The notes: generated from the sequence alone by a model not told the origin. A stretch of DNA of 64,000 nt from Methanotrichaceae archaeon (GCA_963803145.1 CAWDLW010000008.1:160001-224000), one strand, 5' to 3'; shown: positions 21,540-31,905, counted from the first letter of the stretch. Numbers and translations are program-made.

Positions 21540-22583
21540 GTGGAGGGTTTGAATAGTATGTGGTTAGTAAGTGACCATAATAAGCAGAGTATTATAATAT
21601 TATCAGCAATATTTATAATACTCTGCTTGTGTCTGATACCCGTCTTTTGTCTTGAAGACAACACTGATCGTCCAGGTGGCGATTACAAGAAATACGATAT
21701 GACCACTCCTGATCCAAGCTTGTGTCAACAGTATTGTGCAGCAGATCCTGACTGCCAGGCTTTCACTTATGTCAAGCCAGGAATCCAGGGACCTTATTCC
21801 AGTTGCTATCTGAAGAATACCGTGCCTCCTGCAAAATCAGACAGCTGCTGTCTATCCGGCACGAAGACCGCTCAAACAAGCGGATCGCCAGTTCCATTTA
21901 GTACTATGGATTATTCATCTATTCCTGGCCTTGTTTTGCATTTATGGCATAACATGAACCAGCCTGATCCACAATTAGATTCAAACAGATCCGATTTGAT
22001 ATTTTTGCACGGAGGAGATCTTGGGGCCCCTCAGGATTGTGGGTATAGCTGGTGGATGATTCCCGATAATCAAAATGCAGATCCGATGAAATGGAGTACT
22101 CAGCTTCCACCTGGATTAGTTCTATGTCTCAGGCATTCTTCAAACCAGGCGAACGATAACCGGATTACAGTTGGCGGTCAGAACCCCGTTGAAGGTCCAG
22201 ATACATTTGGTGGCCTTGTAAAGCAAAACGGAGGCGATAGAGATGGATCGGAGGGTGAAGGCTACTACTGGTATGAAACTTTTAATCCCAATTTTCAAAA
22301 CTGGGATGACGCAGAAAAAACTTTGCCTAAGGGAACGATCCTAGGTCTGAAGCATTCTATGAACCAGCCAGATAAGACTGTATACTGGCGCGGCCAGGAA
22401 TACGATCCAGTCAAGTGTTTCAGGAGTGCACAAGAGTATCCGTCCCCGCCAACTTTCGCTCCAAGACATGGAGGTGACCGTGGCACTCCCTCTGGTGAAG
22501 GTTACTACTGGTTTGAGAAAGTGGATGGGCCTGATTATTTCAAGCCAGGACCTGCAAGCGGGCCAATATGCGGCGAAGCGTAG
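21540..22583 (+). CDS. secreted PAN/apple-domain protein with three internal repeats
   Basis: DNTDRPGGDY...CQQYCAADPDCQAFTYVKPG...CYLK is PAN-like; three copies of LP.G.[VI]L.L.H..NQ and GGD.....G.GY.W. Confidence 0.82.
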   Translation: MEGLNSMWLVSDHNKQSIIILSAIFIILCLCLIPVFCLEDNTDRPGGDYKKYDMTTPDPSLCQQYCAADPDCQAFTYVKPGIQGPYSSCYLKNTVPPAKSDSCCLSGTKTAQTSGSPVPFSTMDYSSIPGLVLHLWHNMNQPDPQLDSNRSDLIFLHGGDLGAPQDCGYSWWMIPDNQNADPMKWSTQLPPGLVLCLRHSSNQANDNRITVGGQNPVEGPDTFGGLVKQNGGDRDGSEGEGYYWYETFNPNFQNWDDAEKTLPKGTILGLKHSMNQPDKTVYWRGQEYDPVKCFRSAQEYPSPPTFAPRHGGDRGTPSGEGYYWFEKVDGPDYFKPGPASGPICGEA

Positions 22584-22634
22584 CATTCCAAATTTCTGCC
22601 TTTTTTATCGCAACATCCCCGCAGCCTGTTGTGG

Positions 22635-22975
22635 GAAGCACCTTAAGGCCGGTTCTTGTAGTTCTTGAAGTCTCGAGCTCTTCAGGATACTCCCTTGGAA
22701 CGTATGCCTGATCAGGGTATATAAGCGATAGCCTTTTTGCCTCCTCTATGAGCCACGGCCTGAACTCTGGATGGGCTATGGCTATTAGATCCATTGCCCT
22801 CTCAAGGATGCTCTTTCCATGGAGATAGGCTATGCCGTATTCGGTGACCACATAATGAATATCCCCACGTGTAAGTGTAGTTCCTGCTCCCGCTGTGAGG
22901 AAGGGAACTATCCTTGAAACCCTTTCATCGTCTGCTGTGGAAGGCAGCGCAAGGATGGTTTTTCCATCGAACTCC
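22635..22975 (-). pseudogene. internal fragment of a second acetyl-CoA hydrolase-GNAT paralog (ends approximate)
   Basis: GKTILALPSTA...YVVTEYGIAYLHGK...YPEELETSRTTRTGL closely matches the middle of 17201-19123; both ends missing. Confidence 0.85.
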
Positions 22976-22982
22976 AGCTGCA

Positions 22983-24665
22983 TTATGGTTTTACTGAAAA
23001 GAATTGCATGGATTTCAAAGCCAGCCTTTTAGCCAGCCATTTGTCGTAGGCGCGATTAAATGCCTCAATTCCCTGTGGGCTGCCGATTATGGCTATTATA
23101 TCTCCCTGCTCTATCATTATGCTTTTATCCGGTCCTGCAATCGATCTTCCTTCATGCTTCATAGCCGCAGCTCTACAGCCGAACATACCCGGCAGATCGA
23201 TCTCTTCCAGGGTCTTTCCTATAAGATTCGATCCTTTTTCAGCTTCGTGAAGCTCCAGCTCCAGATCCTCGTAAAGCAAAGCCAGCTCCTCCTCCTCTTG
23301 CTGGATCACCTTTGCCAGCATGTGACTCGCAACGATCGGCAAAGACGCCACGTAATCAGCACCTGCTCGATAAATCTTCTCAGAAGATTTCGCGAGATTT
23401 GCCCTGGCAACAACGAACGCATCTGGATTGAGGTTCTTTGCAAGAAGCGTCGCATAGACCGCCTCTGAATCATCATCGAGTAGTATCATAGTTCCAACGG
23501 CCTTTTTGATGCCGGCTTTAAGCAGTATATCCTCTGATGTGGCATCGCCCTTTATCTGCTCGAAGGGAATCTCCCCCAAATCTTGTGAATCCACGATGAT
23601 CGGGTTTATGCCTCCCTCACAAAGGATGGCTGCAACATGCCTGCCTACATCCCCATAGCCCAAAATTATCAGAGGGCCTTCTCTCCTAGCGCCCAGCGTC
23701 AGATTTCTGATCTTTGTAACCTGATCTGTCTTACCTACAGCCATCAGCACTGAGTTCGGTATAATCGCCTCCTCCGGCGTTGGGTCAGGCAAAAAATTAC
23801 CTTTCTGCCACATTCCTACAATGCGGGCTCCGGTGGACTTTGTTGAATCTATAGTCAGCCTTTGCTTAATCAGCTTGCTGCCCGGGTATATCGGCAGCTC
23901 AGCCAGAATTAGGTCTTCAAAGAGCTTTATGGCACCAGGAAATACATTTTTCTTGGGAGGTGCTGTGATCTGTGCTAAAAATTTTCCAAGAAGCATTTTC
24001 GGCGAGACAGTCCTGGATGCTCCTGCATAACTCAGGAACCTGGATTGGACATGACCATCCACGAGAGCGATGACTTGCACATCCGAAATGCTGCGAGCCG
24101 CCAGGATGACATCTGCATTCAGTTCTTCTTTCTCATTGGCAATGAGAAGCCTGGCGGAATTGACCCCTGCCTTTAGGAGAATGTTGGTCTCAGATGGGTC
24201 TCCACAGATGGTAGGATATTCACGGTAAATGCTCCTTGCCACATTCTCAGATCTCTCGATAATAATGAAGGAGATCTTCAGCGGTGCCAATCGTTCTGCC
24301 AGAATCTCTACCATTGAACTGTACCCTGAGATGATGATATGATCCTCATTCTTTTCAGGTGCTGAGTTGGGCTTTGCTTTTATCAGGCTCTCGAACCTGG
24401 GAGTAAGCTCCATTGGCAAAATCACTGCCCAGAATATGGCTATTCCAGAAAGAGCCACTATTATGGTGAAGAAGCGGCCGATCTGGCTATGGAATACTAT
24501 ATCACCATATCCTAAGGTGGTTATGGTGACCATAACCCAGTACAGGGCAGTTATCGGATTGATATTCTGGGGCTGGTCCTCAAAGCCCATTAGAATCATG
24601 AAAATGAGGCTATAAACTGCTATCAGCAGGACTATGGCCAGGATAAGCTTGATATTCTTGCGCAG
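22983..24665 (-). CDS. potassium channel with TrkA/RCK domains
   Basis: Selectivity filter TTLGYGD and two RCK domains; the frame extends upstream of ATG 24599 through a hydrophobic helix to CTG 24665. Confidence 0.88.
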   Translation of the reverse strand: MRKNIKLILAIVLLIAVYSLIFMILMGFEDQPQNINPITALYWVMVTITTLGYGDIVFHSQIGRFFTIIVALSGIAIFWAVILPMELTPRFESLIKAKPNSAPEKNEDHIIISGYSSMVEILAERLAPLKISFIIIERSENVARSIYREYPTICGDPSETNILLKAGVNSARLLIANEKEELNADVILAARSISDVQVIALVDGHVQSRFLSYAGASRTVSPKMLLGKFLAQITAPPKKNVFPGAIKLFEDLILAELPIYPGSKLIKQRLTIDSTKSTGARIVGMWQKGNFLPDPTPEEAIIPNSVLMAVGKTDQVTKIRNLTLGARREGPLIILGYGDVGRHVAAILCEGGINPIIVDSQDLGEIPFEQIKGDATSEDILLKAGIKKAVGTMILLDDDSEAVYATLLAKNLNPDAFVVARANLAKSSEKIYRAGADYVASLPIVASHMLAKVIQQEEEELALLYEDLELELHEAEKGSNLIGKTLEEIDLPGMFGCRAAAMKHEGRSIAGPDKSIMIEQGDIIAIIGSPQGIEAFNRAYDKWLAKRLALKSMQFFSVKP

Positions 24666-24701
24666 GCATTAGACCCCCGTTTCACTTCTGCTGCAATCAT
24701 A

Positions 24702-25463
24702 TTAAAATGATTTCGCAGTACATACCAGATCTAGAAACCGCTGAACTTGCACACCCAAATGCTCGATTAGATGGGCATCGCCACCCGCAACTGCCATAGT
24801 GGCCCCAAGCCAGCGGCTGCAGTCCAGATTGGCATCGCTGAATCTTAATGTGTATTTCCTGAGACTGGCTTCCATTGCTGTCTCCTCTCCGACCATCTGC
24901 CACCAAAGGACGATCCAGCCTGCCCTTTCTGCAGAGCGCAGAAGGTTCCACGCCTGCTTAATATCGTTCTCATCTAAATAGGGAGGATCGATCAAAACCA
25001 TACCGGGAAGAGATCGATCAAGAATAGACTGGACTCCCATAAAGCCGTCTTCTAATTTGAAGTTGACTCTGGGGTCTCCATACCAGGCGGCAGCTACAAG
25101 TGGATCAATATCCCAAACTTCTACATCAATATTGCAGCCTTGCCTCCTGGCGACATCAAGAACAAGATTTGTTGATCCAGGGTAGCAAACTAGTCCCTGA
25201 GAATTCATATTCTCGATGATTCTAAAATAACAAAAAACATCTAGAGCAGAGATGTGGGGCCAGCATCTGCCTATCCCACATTCCCATTCGCCCGGGGTAC
25301 CTAGGTTATATTTTGGGTAGCCCACATGGCTCTCTGCATAGGTAAGTATCTTCCTCTCTATGAGCAGATAGTCAACTGCCTCAGCCAGGATGAAGTGTTT
25401 CCAGACATCACCTGCATTGCCTGCATGTATTCTATGGTCATAATGCGGCCTTTCAGCCTTCAT
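24702..25463 (-). CDS. RlmJ-like adenine-N6 methyltransferase
   Basis: YDHRIHAGNAGDVWKH, YAESH.G, YPGS, EDGF, LIDPPY. Confidence 0.8.
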   Translation of the reverse strand: MKAERPHYDHRIHAGNAGDVWKHFILAEAVDYLLIERKILTYAESHVGYPKYNLGTPGEWECGIGRCWPHISALDVFCYFRIIENMNSQGLVCYPGSTNLVLDVARRQGCNIDVEVWDIDPLVAAAWYGDPRVNFKLEDGFMGVQSILDRSLPGMVLIDPPYLDENDIKQAWNLLRSAERAGWIVLWWQMVGEETAMEASLRKYTLRFSDANLDCSRWLGATMAVAGGDAHLIEHLGVQVQRFLDLVCTAKSF

Positions 25464-25473
25464 TGCATTAGTA

Positions 25474-25938
25474 TTATCGTTCTATATACATCCTCTTGGC
25501 GATGTTGAATGCCTGAGCTGGAGTTGAAACTGCAATCCTCTGAGACTCATCGAAGGACTGCTTTGCCGCTGCAGCAGTTACCGCAGCAGTCCTCAGAAGG
25601 GACTTATCTACTTCATTTGTCAGCCATCGCGCGCCGCCAATCCCTACTAGGAGAGAGCCTGCCAGAGTCGAAATTGTTATACCAAAATCGCCGGTGCTGA
25701 TACCAGTCAGGGACCCATAAAGCATTGTGCTGCTGTATGCTCCATAGAGCCCCCACGAGATAAACGAAGCCACTGCGCCGAGAATTATGTTTCCTATAAA
25801 GCCCGGTCTGAAGATGCTTACGTTATTGACGTTCTCTTCACGTGGCCAGATGAACCCGTTATCGCTGATAATAGCATTGAATATGCCGCCTACAGCGCCG
25901 CTCAGCAAAATGGCGACTAATACTATTAGTAGTGACAT
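25474..25938 (-). CDS. membrane hypothetical protein (3 TM)
   Basis: Gly-rich hydrophobic helices GAVGGIFNA, GNIILGAVAS, VGIGGARWL. Confidence 0.75.
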   Translation of the reverse strand: MSLLIVLVAILLSGAVGGIFNAIISDNGFIWPREENVNNVSIFRPGFIGNIILGAVASFISWGLYGAYSSTMLYGSLTGISTGDFGITISTLAGSLLVGIGGARWLTNEVDKSLLRTAAVTAAAAKQSFDESQRIAVSTPAQAFNIAKRMYIER

Positions 25939-26430
25939 TGTAATTTATCCCCTCAAATACATTCGGCAACGAATATCGGATTGCGTTTTGGAAGCTGTTG
26001 CGATATTCATGCTGTATTACCCCCACCCATTATATATCGCTAACTTTTTTAATTAACTCATGTCAATAAGACTATTTAAAATTTGTGCTCATATAAACGG
26101 TTTAGACTTCTGAAAAAGCTAAAATAAATATAAATAGTAGCACTATATCCATGTATTATAGACAGATTACTATACATCCTTCGAATTATCCTTCAGTATA
26201 GTCCTAAGAATAATAGCATGAATATATATAATTAGGCATGCTGCTTTTACTTAAAAGCACAAAGGCTACGGTTAAATCATAAAAAATTTTTAACTACTAA
26301 TTTATCGTAATCCCCTCTGCTTGCGGCCATGTGGCTTCATTCAGCATAGCTGAAGCTATAACGAACGTATTAGTGTACGACAGATCCTACTTGGTGACCC
26401 TGCTGGTATCCGGATCTTAGCGTTCCTGTG

Positions 26431-26461
26431 ATGAAGGGGAGATCTCTAAATCTCCCTTCAT
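26431..26461 (-). terminator. hairpin just downstream of the Cys-rich gene
   Basis: atgaaggggagat-ctctaa-atctcccttcat inverted repeat about 11 bp after the stop. Confidence 0.5.
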
Positions 26462-26472
26462 GCTATCCAAGA

Positions 26473-27390
26473 TCAGTATGCTGTAGCCTTCGAGGACTGG
26501 TCATCAGCTGCAGACTTGGCACAAGTATCGCAGCTCCCAGTAGTGCTCTTGCCCAAATCATTGTTTATATTTATCTTAGCACAGCTTGGGCAGAGTGCAT
26601 CAGTGGGTTTATTTGTATACTCGTAGCAGTACTTATCGCAGTAAACGTAGCAGCATTTATCTAATATAATCTTCTGGTGTGTAGTTTCGCTGTATCCATC
26701 AAAGTAATGGGTATATCCGCACTTATCGCATTTCTCAACGTAGATGAGCGGTGTACCGTCCGTGGGGCAGTTCATGGTGCCATCTGCAGGGTACTTAGCA
26801 TTGCATTTGGGGCAATATGCGTAAGCTTCGCAAGGGTCACCACATTTATCACAAGTGCCGTCACAATAGTGTTTCTCGCCAGTACTTGGATCGAAATCGT
26901 AGATCATGCATTTGAGATAGCAGTTCTCAACGCAATTGTTGTATTCACATGGCTGGCCACACTTATCGCAATTGCCATCGAAAATATGTGTCCAGCCGCA
27001 TTTATCGCACTTCTCGCTTGTATAGCAGGGGCTTCCGCAAAACTTGCAAATGCCAGGCTGATCGTCGCCCTTAAGCTCGTAGGTTATACCGCACTTGGGA
27101 CAATAATTGTACATAGTGCACTTTCCGCCATCATTGGGGCAGATGCCATTATCATAATATACTTTGCCGTACTCAGTACAGTTTGGATTCGTACACTTCT
27201 CATAGGGATAAGTTTTCTCCCAGGAGTTACTGCTATATTTGCTCATGTCTCCTGCCGAAGTCGTTGAAGTTTGCATGCATTGTCCTGTTGCACAGTTATC
27301 ACTTTTTGCTGTTGAATAGCTATCGGAGATTGCCATAGAACAGCCCATAAATATTGCTGCTAGAAGCAATATAATTAAAGCAATTCTCAT
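26473..27390 (-). CDS. secreted Cys-rich tandem-CxxC protein A
   Basis: Signal peptide; about 37 Cys in 305 aa (hand count); repeated CDKCG / CPKC / FDG.C units. Confidence 0.82.
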   Translation of the reverse strand: MRIALIILLLAAIFMGCSMAISDSYSTAKSDNCATGQCMQTSTTSAGDMSKYSSNSWEKTYPYEKCTNPNCTEYGKVYYDNGICPNDGGKCTMYNYCPKCGITYELKGDDQPGICKFCGSPCYTSEKCDKCGWTHIFDGNCDKCGQPCEYNNCVENCYLKCMIYDFDPSTGEKHYCDGTCDKCGDPCEAYAYCPKCNAKYPADGTMNCPTDGTPLIYVEKCDKCGYTHYFDGYSETTHQKIILDKCCYVYCDKYCYEYTNKPTDALCPSCAKININNDLGKSTTGSCDTCAKSAADDQSSKATAY

Positions 27391-27668
27391 AACATAGCCT
27401 TTCCATATTTGATATTATTTAGAAATGTAACTGATTATATTTAATGTTCCACTATATTTTGATTAGTAGTGTTAATAGTAACATAATATACTATATTTAG
27501 GCACCTAAAGATTGATACTAATAGCTATGCGTCAATGAATCGTAGATTGATCCTGATAGCCTCGTCATATTGCCCTATTCTTCAAGAGTCACCATTCACA
27601 ATGCAACAGTACAGCTGTGATTATATGAAGGATATATTGGGTTTGGATATTGCTAACATACTTTTGCT

Positions 27669-28172
27669 CTATAACTTGGCTGTCTTCACTATATGCTCAT
27701 TTAAGGTTTCGTTTTTGAACGAGGCGACGATTTCAACACAGGTTGTAAAATTATCATTCTTTAAATCTAGAGGTGCAATGACGCCCCAAAGCGCTTGGCT
27801 TCCAAGACGATCTTGCCCTGTCGTGATATATCCATTTCCATAAGGCTGATCAGATATCCTATCGCACATTGCTCCCATAATGCTATCTAGCTCCGTTTCC
27901 AGATCGCTGATAGGGCGAAGACTATCGTGGCCAATTAGATATGCAAAACTTGAGCTGTTCGTATTACGATCTACCATCTTTATATAATGCGTTAATACTC
28001 CGGTGCAATCCTGGTAATCCGGTGCCATTGGTATAACGGCGATGTTTTGTCCTCCGAAGTCCAGGGAGATATTGTGGCTGCCAAGTGGTATAATCTGATA
28101 GCTGCCTAGCGCTGGAGTTACGACCGCCACAATCACAAGCGCCGAGGCAATTATTAATAGATGAGTATTCAT
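27669..28172 (-). CDS. secreted hypothetical protein
   Basis: Signal peptide; LGSHNISLDFG start resembles 51504-52085. Confidence 0.7.
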   Translation of the reverse strand: MNTHLLIIASALVIVAVVTPALGSYQIIPLGSHNISLDFGGQNIAVIPMAPDYQDCTGVLTHYIKMVDRNTNSSSFAYLIGHDSLRPISDLETELDSIMGAMCDRISDQPYGNGYITTGQDRLGSQALWGVIAPLDLKNDNFTTCVEIVASFKNETLNEHIVKTAKL

Positions 28173-28221
28173 CCACCCCTAATTGCATAACGATTAATTA
28201 AAAGGTAACGCTCGCTGTTCT

Positions 28222-29163
28222 TCACTGGTAATGACCACCTGCATACTGAATAACTAATCCCGCTAAGACACTTATCCCAAACAATAGAAGCAAAATCCTC
28301 AATACGTCTCTCTTGTCCTTTTCTTCTCTAAGTAAGACTAACAATCCCAAACCGCTACTAGCACAGAGCCCAGCAATCACTGAACCATAAGAAATGGCAC
28401 CTTTGAGATACAACACCGTTATTGCGACGGATGCAGCACAATTTGGAATAAGTCCAACTAACGCCACCAGGAATGGTTGGAGAAAACCGTAACCTAAGAA
28501 CAATTTACCGAATGCTTCTTCACCCATCTGGGAAATGATGAAATTTATTGCAAATGAAACACCAAAAATAAAAGCAAAAACCTTGGCGGTATGGATTATT
28601 GGGTGAAGGATAATCTCTTTGGGACTAAATTTTATTGAGGAAGGGCTTGCGCTGTGGCCGCAGCAAGCTTTTTCTTCCAAGATTGTTTCGTGATGATGAC
28701 CTTCATCATCGGAACCTTCTGAATATGCCTTAACATGGGCTAAAGTCTTTTTATTTGATGATCTAAAAGCGAAATCAACAGTATATCCACCGATTAGAGC
28801 AATAATGATTTTTGTCAGGATCAAAGGCACGACGATTTCAGCCTTCTCTGGATCTGAAAGAATTACTGGAATAGCCTCATCTGAAGTGGATAGATAAACA
28901 GCAAGCAAAGTGCCAATTGTGGCTAGCCTTTGCGTGTAGAGAACCGAGGCGACAACTGATATGCCACACTGAGGGAAACTACCTGCTACCGCTCCAATAG
29001 CAGGTCCAGCTGCACCAGCCTTTTGCACCATTTCCCTTATCTTGTTTGCGTATTTATATTCAAATAACTCGATCCCAATATAAATAATAAGAAGCAGTGG
29101 AATCATTTTTGCGCTATCTGTTAAAGCGTCTAAGAAAATATCAGAAAGAGAATCTATTCCCAT
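28222..29163 (-). CDS. putative manganese/divalent-metal transporter (DUF2899-like)
   Basis: PQCG, GTLLAVYLSTSDEAIP, GLIPNCAASV; His/Cys loop GHHHE...CCGH. Confidence 0.85.
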   Translation of the reverse strand: MGIDSLSDIFLDALTDSAKMIPLLLIIYIGIELFEYKYANKIREMVQKAGAAGPAIGAVAGSFPQCGISVVASVLYTQRLATIGTLLAVYLSTSDEAIPVILSDPEKAEIVVPLILTKIIIALIGGYTVDFAFRSSNKKTLAHVKAYSEGSDDEGHHHETILEEKACCGHSASPSSIKFSPKEIILHPIIHTAKVFAFIFGVSFAINFIISQMGEEAFGKLFLGYGFLQPFLVALVGLIPNCAASVAITVLYLKGAISYGSVIAGLCASSGLGLLVLLREEKDKRDVLRILLLLFGISVLAGLVIQYAGGHYQ

Positions 29164-29262
29164 CTTGATGGCCCTACCTAGGAAATTGCACTTAGCTTCC
29201 GGTGAGAAGGAAGATCGATCTTAATCTGCTTGATGGTTCTGCCATTCGTAAGCCCCCTGGAA

Positions 29263-29535
29263 TTATATCTTAAATCTGGTATATAGAAATGCGCATATTA
29301 TAATCAGGGCTGAAGCAATGATTACGTAGGCTACAGGGTTGCCTTCGATATTAAATCCAAATACGCCAGATGGACCTTCTTCCTCTGAATCAGCATGGAT
29401 TCCCACTGCATTGTTAAACCTCTCCTCAATACCCATGTGGCCCGAGATCACATATGCAGCTATGCTCAAGGCTAAAAAGACGAGGATCAGTCCACCAAAT
29501 ATTATGAATCCCCTTTTATCGATTACCTTAGACAT
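29263..29535 (-). CDS. CbiN/NikN-like small accessory membrane protein
   Basis: Two TM helices with an acidic loop; overlaps the cbiM stop. Confidence 0.7.
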   Translation of the reverse strand: MSKVIDKRGFIIFGGLILVFLALSIAAYVISGHMGIEERFNNAVGIHADSEEEGPSGVFGFNIEGNPVAYVIIASALIIICAFLYTRFKI

Positions 29536-30184
29536 CGGTTTTCATCCCCGGAAGCATATCCGGCCTCATTCTCTCGATATAGGATACAGCATAGCCAGTG
29601 ATTATCGCCTCTATTACAGCTACACCCATGTTGACTCCTGCCAGAAGCGAGAGTCCATAGAGCATATCCGTGCGGCTCTGAGTTACTCCCTGAATGCCTG
29701 AGATCAATATCACAGCGATCATGGTTATGTTTCCCAGGAATAGGCCGACAAGTGTGGCGGCGCCTGCCCTTGCAAAGGTACTCACCTTTGTTTTGCCGAT
29801 CCATTTGTAGGTGCCAAACGCAGCAGAGACCTCAGTCATATTGACCAGGACATTCGCACCAATCATGCCCCATCCGCCATGCCCAATGGCGGCAGATAAT
29901 ATGTTCACTATGAATACGATAATGCCCCCGACTGCCGGTCCCCCCAAGATGCCTATAAGAGGCGTGAGATTCATGTGAACGCCACCGAACAAAGGAATGT
30001 TAACTTGAAAGATAGCGAATGAGGCTGCAGTACACATCGCGGCAATAGTTATGGTCTTGCTATCGATTCCATTCCCTCTCCTCATCCAATACAGGCATAG
30101 TCCGATCAGAACTATAGCGAGGATCCACCATACGGAGATCCATTGCAGCGTGAAGGCGCCGTCTTCTAGATGTATATGAGCCAT
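29528..30184 (-). CDS. cbiM: ECF transporter S component, CbiM/NikM family
   Basis: N-terminal MAHIHLEDG; GGVH, GHGG, GANVL, EAIITG motifs. Confidence 0.85.
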   Translation of the reverse strand: MAHIHLEDGAFTLQWISVWWILAIVLIGLCLYWMRRGNGIDSKTITIAAMCTAASFAIFQVNIPLFGGVHMNLTPLIGILGGPAVGGIIVFIVNILSAAIGHGGWGMIGANVLVNMTEVSAAFGTYKWIGKTKVSTFARAGAATLVGLFLGNITMIAVILISGIQGVTQSRTDMLYGLSLLAGVNMGVAVIEAIITGYAVSYIERMRPDMLPGMKTDV

Positions 30185-30250
30185 TGATATGACATCCTCA
30201 TACGTTTATGCGAATCATCGTTGAGATTGCCTGATCATTGCCACCGTGGT

Positions 30251-30304
30251 ATTTAAAACTTGGTGTCATACCAAACAAGTTGGTAGATGACCAAAAGTTT
30301 AAAT
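30251..30304. promoter_or_regulatory. tandem TTGG-N7-CCAA operator pair upstream of cbiM
   Basis: ttggtgtcataccaa 30260-30274 and ttggtagatgaccaa 30280-30294, inside a larger inverted repeat. Confidence 0.7.
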
Positions 30305-30370
30305 AATCGCAAACATACTGGCAGGTAGTACTAAAATGGAAAGAAATATAATAATTGTTGGAGGGCGACA

Positions 30371-30676
30371 ATGAGAAAGTTAATAATATTCTGCTTAGTC
30401 CTTTTGCTATTGGCGTTGGATTGCAAGGCGACAGCACCAGTACAACTCAGTGGAATTGGTGGCAAGACTATTTTGGCGCAGGTAGCCAGCACGAATATAA
30501 CTAATCAAATAACCAAAGTGTCTGCTGCTGATATCTGGAGCTGGGGCAAGATTCCGCTAAACTATGCATTGAATGGATCGGGAAAAATATTCGAGATACC
30601 ACCGATAGACGACGATAATGTGTGGTTGGGGGCCATATCTCAAGAGTTAGCGTTAAACACAAGTGTGTATACATAA
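30371..30676 (+). CDS. small secreted hypothetical protein
   Basis: Signal peptide; SD ggagg; IWSWGKIP motif. Confidence 0.7.
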   Translation: MRKLIIFCLVLLLLALDCKATAPVQLSGIGGKTILAQVASTNITNQITKVSAADIWSWGKIPLNYALNGSGKIFEIPPIDDDNVWLGAISQELALNTSVYT

Positions 30677-30946
30677 GCGTAATTAAGATCGCTATATTTG
30701 ATGTGGCAAGACAGCAAAGCCAGTACCAATCGAGTAATCTTATTGATAGGTAGGAGTTCCAGCCCAAGGCCATGGTCTGGAGCTCGGCTATTTATCCTTG
30801 CCTGTCTGAGGAGTTGTAGGTCTAGCTCAGGATTACTTTGCGTCATATGTGATATAATCAAGTTCTTATCACCTTAGCCTATTTAAATCCAGTATATCCG
30901 CGATCCCTTTAAGGTGATTTGACTTAGAGCCGTATTAAAAGATAAA

Positions 30947-30963
30947 TTTGGCATCAAACCAAA
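30947..30963. promoter_or_regulatory. TTTGG-N7-CCAAA site
   Basis: tttggcatcaaaccaaa. Confidence 0.55.
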
Positions 30964-30995
30964 ATTAGGCGTATGTATCTATCCGCATCTTTAGT

Positions 30996-31898
30996 TCATG
31001 CTTTGGCAAGGCATCCTACCAGCTCCTCTATGGTTACAGGTCTGCCACCCAGCTTCATTCCCCTGCTTTTGCAAAACTCCTCGTAAATTTGAGCAATCTT
31101 TGGCTTTCTTAGACCTGCCTCTGCAAGGAGTTTGGCATCGTAAAAAATCTCCGAGGGGCTGCCTTCAGCTATAATAGATCCGTCTTTTACGATGCATATG
31201 CGATCGGCAATACGTGCTGCGAGATCAAGGTCATGGGTAGCAATGACTGCGCTTATACCGAATTTATTCTTTAATTCAGTTATTATGTTTTCAACTATCT
31301 CGGCATGTCTGGGATCCAGGTCAGATGTAGGTTCATCCAGTGCCATGATTTTGGGCTTCATGGCCAATATGCCTGCTATGGAGACCAGTCTCTTCTGTCC
31401 GCCGCTGAGATAGTTGGGCATCTTGTTTACGAGCTCCTCTGCACCTACGGCACTTAGAGATTCCAAGGCTACAATTCTCGCATCCTCCTTGCTCATACCC
31501 AGATTGAGCGGCCCAAACATCACGTCATCCAGCACAGTAGGTGCAAAAAGCTGATCATCAGCTCTCTGAAATACTATGCCTACATCTTTCCACAGCTCTT
31601 TTTTGGTCCTAACATCGACCTTTTTGCCCATGATATATATATCGCCTTTCGACGGCAGGAGAAGGCCGTTCAAATGCTCCAAGAGCGTGGATTTACCAGA
31701 TCCATTGGCTCCACAAATCGCGATTATCTCATGCTCTCTGATCCTGAAACATAGATTATGGATTCCAATGCTGTTGTCAGGATAGATATGGCTTACACAA
31801 TCTATATGTATCAGCTCATGAGGCTCAGGGCAAGCATGATCCGGAGCTGGGTCAACATGATCAGTATCTTTTCTATCATCCATGAATTGTAAACTCAC
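30996..31898 (-). CDS. cbiO: ECF transporter ATPase
   Basis: GANGSGKST, QLFAPTV.DDV.FGP, LSGGQK, LDEPT. Confidence 0.92.
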   Translation of the reverse strand: MSLQFMDDRKDTDHVDPAPDHACPEPHELIHIDCVSHIYPDNSIGIHNLCFRIREHEIIAICGANGSGKSTLLEHLNGLLLPSKGDIYIMGKKVDVRTKKELWKDVGIVFQRADDQLFAPTVLDDVMFGPLNLGMSKEDARIVALESLSAVGAEELVNKMPNYLSGGQKRLVSIAGILAMKPKIMALDEPTSDLDPRHAEIVENIITELKNKFGISAVIATHDLDLAARIADRICIVKDGSIIAEGSPSEIFYDAKLLAEAGLRKPKIAQIYEEFCKSRGMKLGGRPVTIEELVGCLAKA

Positions 31899-31905
31899 CC
31901 CTAAA

